Origin: Candidatus Latescibacterota bacterium
GTDB lineage: Bacteria; Latescibacterota; UBA2968
Direction of reading: 5' to 3'
Assembly: GCA_965116885.1 (NCBI GenBank)
Contig: OZ220741.1
Span: 5,056,001 to 5,120,000 of the forward strand
Length of the DNA stretch: 64,000 nucleotides
In this document: one piece after another, positions 48,163 to 57,642 of the stretch
Layout: every line of letters starts with the position of its first letter
Numbering within the stretch: the stretch's first letter is position 1
Position numbers and translations under genes: made by a program
The notes under the pieces: model-generated
Databases searched by the model: none
What the model was told of the DNA's origin: nothing
What the model saw: the letters and a program-made list of their open reading frames with translations, nothing else

Positions 48163-50514
48163 TTATATCCCAAATCCCCCGCGTCGGTGTTCAAACTTTA
48201 TTTGCGGGATGTCCTTAATATTGATTTTGAAAAAGAACCCCTTATTAAAACCCGCGGGATACCACGAAAACCGAGCCTCCCAACAGTGGAGGTCGCGGTA
48301 AAGCGATAGGCTTTGCGCCGAGATTTTGGCATCGGGCAGAACATCGATATTGATCGAATAGTCAATTCTTATGAATTGGCGAGGATTGATGCCAACATCT
48401 GCTTTGACCCAGGATGTTTTGCTCGTTGTATTGCCGAACCGCCGCATCGCAATATAGTGAGAAAGATTGAATCGCCACGGCTGGCTGGCACCGCCGAAAT
48501 CGCTGTACAGATCGCGTTCAAAGCCAAAATCTGCGCCATATCCCCCCCTGTATCCACCGCCATATCCAGCATCATACCCAGGATCGTATCCATCGGGGAG
48601 AGCGGACTGGACAACCATATTGCCTCGTCCACCTTGACCACCGGAAAAACGAAAATTGGAGGTAATGGTCAAGTTCTGCATGCGCGGATGAAAAAGCGAT
48701 CGCTGGCCTGTACTGTCATAGAGCGTATGGGTCATCGCAATGCGAACATCCACGCGGCGATCTGGTTTGAGAGACGCGCTGGTGCGAAGCGGACGCCATT
48801 TTTGCCTCGGTGCGTCAAAATTGTATCCCATTGACAGATTGAGAGTCGCCAGAGTAAAGCGACGCACATCGTCGTCGCGCTGAGTTTTGAGTTCAAAAGT
48901 ATTGCCGATATTAAAATTTATGCTGCGTCTGGCATCGTCCCATCTGCGATTGCCTCCAAAACCCATTGTTCCCTGAAAAATACTTCCCGATTGGTTGTAA
49001 TTGAAATTGATTCGAGGCTGAAAGCGATGCCGAATACCGCGCAACCGGCCGATTTGCGGTTGGAAAATGCCGTATAATGTCGTGCCCGAAGTCAGTGTCG
49101 CATTGTAAGACGTGCGGCGGGTTGTCGAATCGGTATCGCTATATATAAACTCTTCGCCAAAATTAAAGCCCGGTGTGAGATTCAGCCACCCCATGGGGCG
49201 GTGTTGGCTGTTGACTGTGACGCGGTTTTGAAGAGAGACGCGCTCCGTATTGGGTGCAGGATCGGGATTGCGCGCAAAGTTATTCGACAAGGTACTCGAA
49301 AAACCGTAATAAAAGGCGCGATACCACGGTCCCGTAACAGATGTGGGTTCATTACCTCCAAATATGCGGCGTCTGTTTTGCCGAAAGCTGAGACGAGGAA
49401 AGCCCTGAAAACTATTATTTTTTGTCCTTAGATCGCGGTAATACGTCAGACTACCGTCAATGCTACGCCCGGATTCTGTCCAGCGTTTGTCAAAAGAAAA
49501 ACTGGACCTCAGTTGCCGATTGAGATAGCGATAGAGATTATTGCTATTGCGTCGATCAAAGTTGGTACTGGTCGAAAACTGCCCGCTCCCCCTGATATTG
49601 GTCGTGGCGTTGAGGCGTTGCTGGTGTTGCAAATTAAAGCGCCAATTGTGAGCCGTAGCATCGCCAGAGGTATCGTGGTCGTATCCGATATCCATTGATC
49701 CACTGAATCGATTGCGTCTGGCATAGGCAAATCGCGATTCGAGCAAAAATCCACCGCGCTCACGCAAAGTACTCTTAACCGTGGCATCCCAGTATTCACT
49801 CGGTGCGAAATAATACCCCACATTGTGGACAAAAATGCCATCGCGGCTGTTGCTACCCACACCCGGCGTTAGCAATCCCGATTGCCGCCCGCGCTTGACT
49901 GGAAAAACGAAAAAAGGAACCCAGAAAACGGGAATCGGGCCAATGCGAAAAGTAACAGACCGTCCAATCGCTTTATCGTCTTGCAAAATACGCACATTTT
50001 TGCACAAAAAATCGTAGTGTACATGGTCGCGATCACAGGTACTCAAAGAGAGATCCAGAGCATTCAGCGCTTTTTGACCATCGAGTGCAATGCGGGCACC
50101 GCGATAGTGTTTGCGCTGATGTGACGCGCGTCCATCTCGCACCCTACCGCGTTCTGTATCCAGGTTATAGACCATGTACTCACCCGATATCTTTTCGCTA
50201 CCGCGGGTAAATTGGGGCGGTCCCACAGTTTTTGCTCCGGTGGAATCGGGCAATGCCCGTGCCGTAACGTGCCGCGTGTTTTGATCGTACGTAATATGAC
50301 CGGCTTTGAGTTGTAAATCGCGATAGCGCAAGGTGGCATTACCGATCAATTCGACGCGTCTGGTCTGTACGTAATAAACAACCTCGGCGGCGTCAAATGT
50401 TATGGAATCGCCAGCAGTTTTTTGCGGCAAAACGGGTTGGCACCATCCCGGCGTAATCGCAAATAGCAGGAACAAAACGAGCCACACGGCTTGTGTTTTA
50501 TTACGAGTCTTCAT
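48163..50514 (-). CDS. lptD: Putative LPS assembly protein LptD
   Basis: Signal peptide; OstA-like N-domain, STCD, RQSGLLTP, GYYFAPSEYWD, RDLHCWE; start likely ATG 50514. Confidence 0.85.
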   Translation of the reverse strand: MKTRNKTQAVWLVLFLLFAITPGWCQPVLPQKTAGDSITFDAAEVVYYVQTRRVELIGNATLRYRDLQLKAGHITYDQNTRHVTARALPDSTGAKTVGPPQFTRGSEKISGEYMVYNLDTERGRVRDGRASHQRKHYRGARIALDGQKALNALDLSLSTCDRDHVHYDFLCKNVRILQDDKAIGRSVTFRIGPIPVFWVPFFVFPVKRGRQSGLLTPGVGSNSRDGIFVHNVGYYFAPSEYWDATVKSTLRERGGFLLESRFAYARRNRFSGSMDIGYDHDTSGDATAHNWRFNLQHQQRLNATTNIRGSGQFSTSTNFDRRNSNNLYRYLNRQLRSSFSFDKRWTESGRSIDGSLTYYRDLRTKNNSFQGFPRLSFRQNRRRIFGGNEPTSVTGPWYRAFYYGFSSTLSNNFARNPDPAPNTERVSLQNRVTVNSQHRPMGWLNLTPGFNFGEEFIYSDTDSTTRRTSYNATLTSGTTLYGIFQPQIGRLRGIRHRFQPRINFNYNQSGSIFQGTMGFGGNRRWDDARRSINFNIGNTFELKTQRDDDVRRFTLATLNLSMGYNFDAPRQKWRPLRTSASLKPDRRVDVRIAMTHTLYDSTGQRSLFHPRMQNLTITSNFRFSGGQGGRGNMVVQSALPDGYDPGYDAGYGGGYRGGYGADFGFERDLYSDFGGASQPWRFNLSHYIAMRRFGNTTSKTSWVKADVGINPRQFIRIDYSINIDVLPDAKISAQSLSLYRDLHCWEARFSWYPAGFNKGFFFKINIKDIPQIKFEHRRGGFGI

Positions 50515-50549
50515 AATTTTAAAGTGTGTTGTGGATTTTGTGGAGTACA

Positions 50550-50578
50550 AACGTAAATTCGGGATTGGAAAAAGTCAA
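50550..50578 (-). promoter_or_regulatory. Putative sigma70 promoter of lptD
   Basis: TTGACT-17 bp-TACGTT. Confidence 0.4.
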
Positions 50579-50664
50579 CAGAGGCCCCACAGCGGAATCT
50601 GCTGGAATAATCTTTGCGTCATGCCCTGTACAAACAAGGGAATATCCCAGTTGTTCCGTTTTTA

Positions 50665-50693
50665 TTGATATATTTCAGCGGAATCTGTATCTT
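50665..50693 (+). promoter_or_regulatory. Putative sigma70 promoter of the tRNA
   Basis: TTGATA-17 bp-TATCTT about 20 nt before the tRNA. Confidence 0.45.
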
Positions 50694-50712
50694 TAGTTTT
50701 CGCAACAGATAT

Positions 50713-50799
50713 GCGGACGTGGTGGAATTGGCAGACACGCCAGATTTAGGATCTGGTGGGGTAAAACCCGTGGGGGTTCGAGTCCCCCCGTCCGCACCA
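50713..50799 (+). tRNA. tRNA-Leu(UAG)
   Basis: GCGGACG/CGTCCGC acceptor stem, CCAGA-TTTAGGA-TCTGG anticodon arm, long variable arm, GGTTCGAGTCC, encoded CCA. Confidence 0.97.
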
Positions 50800-50851
50800 A
50801 AGAACAATCAGACGGTTCGAGGCTCAACGCCTTGAATCGCTGGCGCGAGAA

Positions 50852-50880
50852 CTCCCTTTGGGGAGCTTTTTTATTTTTTT
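50852..50880 (+). terminator. Intrinsic terminator after the tRNA
   Basis: CTCCC-TTTG-GGGAG followed by a long T run. Confidence 0.7.
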
Positions 50881-50918
50881 AACAGATCCGATAAGAACAA
50901 CGTGAAAGCGAGGAATTT

Positions 50919-52190
50919 GTGGCAGCATTTTTGAATCACGATCAAGTGCGAACAATTCGAGCGGAATTTGGCTCCCCTGTATATGTTTACGACCAGCGTA
51001 CGCTGGAAGCACAGGCCGAGGCAGTATTGAATTTTCCCAATGCCTTTGGACTTACTGCGCGCTACGCGATGAAAGCATTGCCCAACAGCACCGTAATTCG
51101 CATCTTAACGCAAAAGGGATTGCACATCGACGCCAGCAGTGGATATGAGGCCGAGCGCGCCATGCGGGCCGGTGTACCTGGTCCGCACATCATGCTTACG
51201 GCGCAGCAGATACCCAAAAATTTGAAACACCTGATCGATCGTGGTGTAATCTTTAACGCGTGTTCCCTGAACCAGCTGCAAACATTTGGCGACCTGTTCC
51301 CCGGGCGATCTCTTTCCATACGCATCAATCCCGGCATGGGATCTGGGCACAGCAAGCGCACCAACGTGGGGGGACCTGCGGCGAGTTTTGGGATCTGGCA
51401 TGAATATATCTCCGATGTGCACAAAATTTGCAAACAGCGCGATTTGACAATAACGACCATGCACACGCATATCGGGTCGGGCAGCGATCCCGAAGTGTGG
51501 GAACGCGTCGCATTGATGTCATTGAAAATTTGCGTTGGATTTGAAAACACCACCACATTGAGCTTGGGGGGTGGATACAAAGTCGGACGCCTGCAGGGCG
51601 AAGTATCGACGGATTTGCAGGTGATCGGGCAACATGTGGCCGAAGCCTTTGAAATGACCGCAAGACAAACCGGACGCGCGTTGCGCTTAGAAGTAGAACC
51701 TGGAACATACCTGGTGGCAAATGCCGGCGCAATCGTCGCAACGGCGATTGATGTGGTAGATACTGGGATAGACGGGTACAAATTTATCAAAACCGATACC
51801 GGGATGACCGAAGTGATTCGACCGAGCATGTACGGGGCGCAGCACCCCATTGCCGTGGTATCCGCCGAGGAAGAAGAACGCGGATTTAACGAATATATTG
51901 TAGTGGGACATTGTTGTGAAAGCGGCGACGTATTAACCCCTGCGCCCGATGACCCCGAAGGATTACTGCCCCGGTTATTGACAAAAACGAAAGTGGAAGA
52001 TGCCGTAGTCATTGGTGGAGCGGGCGCGTATTGTGCGGGCATGTCCTCTAAAAATTACAATTCCTTTCCCGAAGCAGCCGAAGTATTATTGGACAGAGAC
52101 GGCGCATTGCACTTAATTCGGAAACGTCAGACACTGGATCAGATTTTAGAAAATGAAATTGTACCGGATTTCTTGACTACTAAGAGCTAA
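50919..52190 (+). CDS. lysA: Diaminopimelate decarboxylase
   Basis: SPVYVYD, YAMKA, HTHIGSG, LGGG, EPG, GHCCESGD, GAYC. Confidence 0.93.
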   Translation: MAAFLNHDQVRTIRAEFGSPVYVYDQRTLEAQAEAVLNFPNAFGLTARYAMKALPNSTVIRILTQKGLHIDASSGYEAERAMRAGVPGPHIMLTAQQIPKNLKHLIDRGVIFNACSLNQLQTFGDLFPGRSLSIRINPGMGSGHSKRTNVGGPAASFGIWHEYISDVHKICKQRDLTITTMHTHIGSGSDPEVWERVALMSLKICVGFENTTTLSLGGGYKVGRLQGEVSTDLQVIGQHVAEAFEMTARQTGRALRLEVEPGTYLVANAGAIVATAIDVVDTGIDGYKFIKTDTGMTEVIRPSMYGAQHPIAVVSAEEEERGFNEYIVVGHCCESGDVLTPAPDDPEGLLPRLLTKTKVEDAVVIGGAGAYCAGMSSKNYNSFPEAAEVLLDRDGALHLIRKRQTLDQILENEIVPDFLTTKS

Positions 52191-52193
52191 TCT

Positions 52194-53333
52194 ATGACTT
52201 ATGACGCAATTGTATTGGGCGCAGGAATCAATGGATGTGGCATTGCGCGTGAACTCGCCGAGCGAGGGCAACGGGTGCTGGTGCTGGACAAGGGAGCGAT
52301 TGGCGGGGGCACATCGTCCAAATCATCGCGATTGATCCACGGTGGGCTGCGCTATTTGGAAACGCGGCAATTTGGGCTGGTACGCGAGGCTTTAAGTGAT
52401 CGTCTGGAACTTTTGGGACGCTACCCCGAACTGGTCTCAATGCGACCGTTTTATCTGCCAATTTATCGCAAGAGTCCGCGTCCCGTCTGGCGGTTGTGGA
52501 CGGGTATCAAGCTCTACGATGCACTGGCTGGGCGGCACAATATCTATCGGTCACGCAAGGTATCTCGGAAGCGATTTACGCGTGAATTCCCCGCATTAAA
52601 GCGAGAGGGAATTCGGGCGGTACTGCGCTATTACGACGGCAAGACAAACGATCTCGCACTCACAAAGCGCGTAGCAGAAGATGCGCAAGAACTGGGATGT
52701 GTATTTCGCGAAGGGGTTGGCGTGCAACACATAGCCTGGGATGAAACCGGGTTTGCCGTATCGGTCGGCGAGACAAAATACCGCAGTCACATCCTGATCA
52801 ATGCAACGGGACCGTGGATTGATGAAGTCGCAGAGCGTTATCAATTGCCATCGCGATTTCAGATTCGCAAAGTGAGTGGCATTCACATTTTTGTAGATGG
52901 ACTACTCACACCCCATCCCCTGTTTTTGCAAACCGAAAGCAAGCGAGTCTTCTTTGTCATACCCGAGCCAGAACGCGACCAGACAATGATCGGCACAACC
53001 GAGCGCGAAGAGCGCGGACGGGTAGATGACGTGGCGATTCATGAGGAAGATCTCGATTATATAATACGGCAAGTAAATTCGTACCTGGTTTCAGACTGCC
53101 AACTTCGACGCACAGATATAACAGATGCTATTGTGGGAGTTCGTCCTCTTGTAGAAAAAAAAGGCGACGCAACCGCGCTCTCGCGGGAATACGAACTGGA
53201 CTTGCACACGCGCGGGCAAACCCAATTCCTCAATATATTCGGCGGAAAACTGACGACGTACTTATCGCTATCGCGTCGAGTCGCCAAAACACTCGGCATC
53301 AAAGAAATTGTGTCGATAGCACTGCGGGCTTAA
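52194..53333 (+). CDS. glpD: FAD-dependent glycerol-3-phosphate dehydrogenase-like protein (short form)
   Basis: GAGINGCG, GTSSKSSRLIHGGLRYL, NATGPW, IGTTE, GVRPL, GGKLTTY. Confidence 0.85.
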   Translation: MTYDAIVLGAGINGCGIARELAERGQRVLVLDKGAIGGGTSSKSSRLIHGGLRYLETRQFGLVREALSDRLELLGRYPELVSMRPFYLPIYRKSPRPVWRLWTGIKLYDALAGRHNIYRSRKVSRKRFTREFPALKREGIRAVLRYYDGKTNDLALTKRVAEDAQELGCVFREGVGVQHIAWDETGFAVSVGETKYRSHILINATGPWIDEVAERYQLPSRFQIRKVSGIHIFVDGLLTPHPLFLQTESKRVFFVIPEPERDQTMIGTTEREERGRVDDVAIHEEDLDYIIRQVNSYLVSDCQLRRTDITDAIVGVRPLVEKKGDATALSREYELDLHTRGQTQFLNIFGGKLTTYLSLSRRVAKTLGIKEIVSIALRA

Positions 53334-53345
53334 CCGGAGGAATAG

Positions 53346-54761
53346 ATGCTAAAAAAATTGGACAATTTCAAAACGGCCGTTCTACCCGAACGCAAATCGG
53401 GCTTCTGGCAGATGGCGGGACCGGGTGCCATCCTGGTCGGGCTATCCATCGGCGCAGGCGAGATCATTGTGTGGCCTCTTGTAGTCGCTGAGTACGGGGC
53501 GAGCATGATCTGGGCTGCGGTACTCGGTGTATTTTTGCAAATGTGGATCAACTTTGAGGTCGGTCGATGGACAATTGCCACGGGTGAAACAGTATATACG
53601 GGATTTGCGCGTGTGTGGCGCGGTTTTGCACCGCTATTTATTCTAATCACATTATTCTCCTGGATCGCCCCGGGATGGGGACGCGCCTCGGGATTGGCTC
53701 TCAAAGCACTGCTGGTCGGCCCCCAGGGTTGGGGCTCGGACACATTTTGGACCATAATTACATTTATCGGCGTCGCACTGATATTGTTTGGTCCCAAACT
53801 CATTTACAATTCAATGGAAAAAGCCGTTGAACTGATGGTGGCGATTGTCACCATAGGATTAATCATGGTGGCTTTTGCCGTGGGCACGGCAGAAACCTGG
53901 ATCGACCTGGGGAAAGGTATCGCGAACATTGGGTACAAAGATCCAAACATGTCGGTAAAGGCGCTATTCATCGCCATCGTATTTGCCGGCGCTGGAGGAA
54001 CGGCAAATTTGTTTTACACCTTTTATTTGCGCGACAAACACATTGGCATGGGCGCGCATGTGCCAATCATGCAAAATCCATTGCGGAGCCGCACAGAAGC
54101 CATTCCATCAACCGGATTTGTATTTGAAGAAACAGAAGAAAACGCGACGAGGTTCAAGGCCTGGTGGGATTATATAAAAAAAGATCAGATGTTGTTTTTC
54201 TGGGGATTAAACTCCATTACAATGATGCTGTTCATCTTTGGATCGCTCGCAGTCCTGCATCCCCAGGGCATCGTGCCCGCACAAGGCACGCTGATTTGGG
54301 ACGAAGCCGCTATTCTGGGCGAAATTTGGGGCGACATAGGCCGCGTGATCTTTCTCCTGGTGGGGCTGGCAACGCTGTTTGGCACACAACTCGCCCTCGT
54401 GGATGGGGTCTCACGATCAATCGCAGACATTATATATACCAATTTTAAGGGCGCGCAAAAACGAGAACTAAGCTGGTGGTACCTCCTCGTTGCGGGAATA
54501 TGGATTGTGGCCGGATGTGTGATCACTTTTGTGATGGAACAATACGGTGTAAGCGAATTGGGCTTTCTGTTTAATGCGGCCTACATGGGCGGATTTGCCA
54601 TGGCGATTTACGTGCCACTGATGCTGTACATCAATTATCGCTATTTGCCAAAAACCGCCCGACCGGGCAAGGAATGTACCGCGATGATGGTAATTGCATC
54701 ACTGGTATATGTAGTATTTGCAATAGCCTGTATTTTGTGGGAAGTGGGTATTTTGGCTTAA
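53346..54761 (+). CDS. Nramp-superfamily-like membrane transporter
   Basis: GPGAILVGLSIGAGE, EVGRWTIATGET; about 11 TM helices. Confidence 0.78.
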   Translation: MLKKLDNFKTAVLPERKSGFWQMAGPGAILVGLSIGAGEIIVWPLVVAEYGASMIWAAVLGVFLQMWINFEVGRWTIATGETVYTGFARVWRGFAPLFILITLFSWIAPGWGRASGLALKALLVGPQGWGSDTFWTIITFIGVALILFGPKLIYNSMEKAVELMVAIVTIGLIMVAFAVGTAETWIDLGKGIANIGYKDPNMSVKALFIAIVFAGAGGTANLFYTFYLRDKHIGMGAHVPIMQNPLRSRTEAIPSTGFVFEETEENATRFKAWWDYIKKDQMLFFWGLNSITMMLFIFGSLAVLHPQGIVPAQGTLIWDEAAILGEIWGDIGRVIFLLVGLATLFGTQLALVDGVSRSIADIIYTNFKGAQKRELSWWYLLVAGIWIVAGCVITFVMEQYGVSELGFLFNAAYMGGFAMAIYVPLMLYINYRYLPKTARPGKECTAMMVIASLVYVVFAIACILWEVGILA

Positions 54762-54775
54762 AAAGGAAGAGACCA

Positions 54776-55816
54776 ATGGACAGACGCAAACGCTTCTTCT
54801 CGCCTTATGAATCTGTTTTTGCGTGGATGCAAGCGACAGAGTCCGAGTTGGCATTTGATGGACAGAATGTGGATGACTGGCGTCTATGGCGTCGAAAATT
54901 CCGCGCGCGATTGACGAAAAATCTGGGACCAATGCCAGAACGCGTGCTCCTTCAGGCAGAAGTGCTACGCCGGGACGACATGGGGGATTACGTGCGCGAA
55001 AAAGTCGCGTTTGACACAGAGCAGTTTGCCAGCGTCCCCGCATTTGTACTGGTGCCAAAGGGACTGAAGCGCGACGAAAAGCGTCCGGGAATTCTGGCGG
55101 CACACGGACATGGAATAGGCAAAAATCCACTCGTGGGTTTGGATGCAGATGAAAAGCCACACGAGGATTATCAGAAGCAGTTGGGTGTCCAACTCGTGCA
55201 GCGGGGCTATGTGGTCATCGCACCGGATTGGCGCGGATTTGGCGAGCGGATGAGTCCCGAAGATTGGGTGCGCCAAACGCGCGACAAGTGCAACGTAAAT
55301 TACATGGCAGAAGGATATCGCGGGTATCACTTTTTGGCATTGCAAATCTGGGATGGATTTCGCACACTGGATTACCTACAGGCGCGCCGAGAAGTGAATG
55401 AGAAGCAAATAGGATGTTTGGGCGTATCATTCGGCGGCACAATGACGACCTATTTGACAGCTCTGGATCAGCGGATCAAATGCGCGTGTATCAGTGGGTA
55501 TCTCAGCACATTGCGAGAAGGCGCGATGCCCGGAAGAGCAAATTTTTGTGGTGCACAATATATGCCGGGGTTGATGGCGATCGGCGATATTCCCGATGTT
55601 GCGGGTTTGATCGCGCCTCGACCTCTCGTCGTGGAGATGGGCGAACGCGATCCGGGCTTTCAAATCTCAGATGCTGAACGGGCATTTCGCCACCTATCAA
55701 AAATCTATCGCGCAGCAGATGCACGCGATCAGTTGGTAAAAGATCGATTTGATGGGGTCCACGAATTTAGTGGCCACAAGTGTTTGGATATATTTGACAA
55801 ATATTTGAAGGGATAA
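54776..55816 (+). CDS. Alpha/beta hydrolase (dienelactone hydrolase / esterase-like)
   Basis: HGHG, APDWRGFGER, GVSFGG nucleophile, LIAPRPL, GVHEF. Confidence 0.88.
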   Translation: MDRRKRFFSPYESVFAWMQATESELAFDGQNVDDWRLWRRKFRARLTKNLGPMPERVLLQAEVLRRDDMGDYVREKVAFDTEQFASVPAFVLVPKGLKRDEKRPGILAAHGHGIGKNPLVGLDADEKPHEDYQKQLGVQLVQRGYVVIAPDWRGFGERMSPEDWVRQTRDKCNVNYMAEGYRGYHFLALQIWDGFRTLDYLQARREVNEKQIGCLGVSFGGTMTTYLTALDQRIKCACISGYLSTLREGAMPGRANFCGAQYMPGLMAIGDIPDVAGLIAPRPLVVEMGERDPGFQISDAERAFRHLSKIYRAADARDQLVKDRFDGVHEFSGHKCLDIFDKYLKG

Positions 55817-55844
55817 GACAGCGTATCGTTATCAGGAGATCTTT

Positions 55845-56996
55845 ATGCCCAGAGAGCCAGAAGCATCGTGGGAAAATGGGGTTCGCAGTGTGCGCCGAGA
55901 TGAAATGGGGCGTTTGTGTCAGCTACTCGACAACGTATTTTTCGAGGGGCTGTCAGATATGCAACCACACGCCTTCAATGACGATAATATGCACAATTTG
56001 CGCGTGGTCGTAGAAAACGGCGAAGTCGTATCGCACATCGGCACAATTCGGCGGAACATATCCATTATGGGATGCACACTCCGCGTAGCCTCTCTGGGAG
56101 GGGTAGCGACTTACGAAGCCCATCGGGGCAAGGGCCATGCCACGGCACTCTTGCGAGATACCATGCGTCACTGCCGCAAAGATGGCGTGGATTATATCAT
56201 GGTATCGGGCTATCGCAACATGTACCACAGATATGGGTGTCGATATGTAGGGCGAGATAGGATATTTCACATCGCGCGTGAGCGGGCAAACGATTTTGAC
56301 GATACAACCTGGGCGATAACACGGGCATCAAAAGCAGATGTAGAAACGATTGGAGCCATCTACCGACGAGAACCCGTGCGCTGGCTGCGCCCGCCTTCGG
56401 ACATCGCCTTTGGCATAGATGGATGGGTGCAGAACCGTCCGGCAAAAACCTATCTGATCCATCGGGGCAATCAACCCGTTGCTTTTGGAGTTATACAACA
56501 GGCACGAGAACGAGATGCAGGGCAAGTATATTTGCTCGATTACGCAGGTGAGCGGTCTGCAATCGTCGGCGCATTGGGCAAGTTTATCGAAAAGCAGCAA
56601 TTGAATCGGCTATCATTGCACGTCAAGGGATTCGATACCGTATTGCGCGGCTTGCTTGAAGCGCGCGGTTTTACAGGTGAGCCTGCCAATTTACCCGGTA
56701 CGACGATGATCATTCATTTCGAACAATTACTCGAAAAAATGCGTCCCTATTTTGTCGAACGTGTCGGAGAACACGCTGCCCGGGGGCTGGTATTTCGGGA
56801 AGACGGTGACGAATACCACATCTACTACGGCGGCGACCGCGTAGTGGCCGAAAGCCGCGGTGCAGCGGCACAACTGATTTTTGGAACGCTGGAAGAATCT
56901 GAAAATGCTATGTTGGATGCAGGCGGACTCGCCGGTGAAGTCTTGCGCGCCTGCCTGCCGATTCCGGGGGTTTGGTACGGGGTGAATCATCTCTGA
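55845..56996 (+). CDS. GNAT acetyltransferase (Eis-like)
   Basis: LGGVATYEAHRGKGHATALL acetyl-CoA motif; tandem GNAT length. Confidence 0.85.
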   Translation: MPREPEASWENGVRSVRRDEMGRLCQLLDNVFFEGLSDMQPHAFNDDNMHNLRVVVENGEVVSHIGTIRRNISIMGCTLRVASLGGVATYEAHRGKGHATALLRDTMRHCRKDGVDYIMVSGYRNMYHRYGCRYVGRDRIFHIARERANDFDDTTWAITRASKADVETIGAIYRREPVRWLRPPSDIAFGIDGWVQNRPAKTYLIHRGNQPVAFGVIQQARERDAGQVYLLDYAGERSAIVGALGKFIEKQQLNRLSLHVKGFDTVLRGLLEARGFTGEPANLPGTTMIIHFEQLLEKMRPYFVERVGEHAARGLVFREDGDEYHIYYGGDRVVAESRGAAAQLIFGTLEESENAMLDAGGLAGEVLRACLPIPGVWYGVNHL

Positions 56997-57109
56997 GTTC
57001 GCCAAATAACTGTTCCGAATCTCAAACTCTATTTTATCTTGCTATCTGGTATTGCGTGCCTTATACTTACGGTGCATATTGAATACTCACAAACAGTAAG
57101 GATATTTTT

Positions 57110-57523
57110 ATGACAGCTCCAGATGGTGATTCCGCAGATATACTCTATGAGCAAGTCCTCGATAATGCGCGTCGAGAAATTGAAGATGCATTGGCTATAA
57201 TAGACGAATTGCGCCAATCAATCCGTCAGGTGGAAGCTCGAGTTGAAGCCGCCCAATCGATTTATAACGCCGTTACCGCGAGATTGAACCTGGAAGATGA
57301 ACTGACCGAAGAAATACACCTGGACACTCTGCCCAATATACCGCCAGTTGAGCCATCTGAGGTAGCGTCAGAACCGTCGCCACCATCCGAGCCTTCCATA
57401 CCAGAAGAACCCCTGGAGGTCGATGAGGCAGAATCTCCATCCGAACAAAATGATGCACCAGTGCTCTCTGAGGCCGAACGCGCGCTTATCAGCGAGCATC
57501 TGCGATCAAAACGCAAAGGATAA
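57110..57523 (+). CDS. Hypothetical acidic protein (coiled coil plus Pro/Glu-rich tail)
   Basis: Clean ORF with upstream AAGGA and downstream hairpin. Confidence 0.7.
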   Translation: MTAPDGDSADILYEQVLDNARREIEDALAIIDELRQSIRQVEARVEAAQSIYNAVTARLNLEDELTEEIHLDTLPNIPPVEPSEVASEPSPPSEPSIPEEPLEVDEAESPSEQNDAPVLSEAERALISEHLRSKRKG

Positions 57524-57548
57524 GCACCTACATACTTATCATATTAAC

Positions 57549-57594
57549 AGAACAGGGCTTCGCATCTTGCAGAAATCCCTGTTCTTTGTATTTT
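57549..57594 (+). terminator. Probable intrinsic terminator
   Basis: AGAACAGGG...CCCTGTTCT stem followed by TTGTATTTT. Confidence 0.55.
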
Positions 57595-57642
57595 AGGGGA
57601 TGGCTTTTAGAAAATGCAAACACGCCAACCGAAGGAATTTTT

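Noticed and set aside
50800..50918. Lysine riboswitch upstream of lysA
   Set aside because: Too short and lacking the conserved aptamer; the hairpin plus T run fits a tRNA terminator.
50713..50919. tRNA as integration site for the sterol island
   Set aside because: No integrase and no duplicated tRNA 3' end noticed; lptD separates the tRNA from the island.
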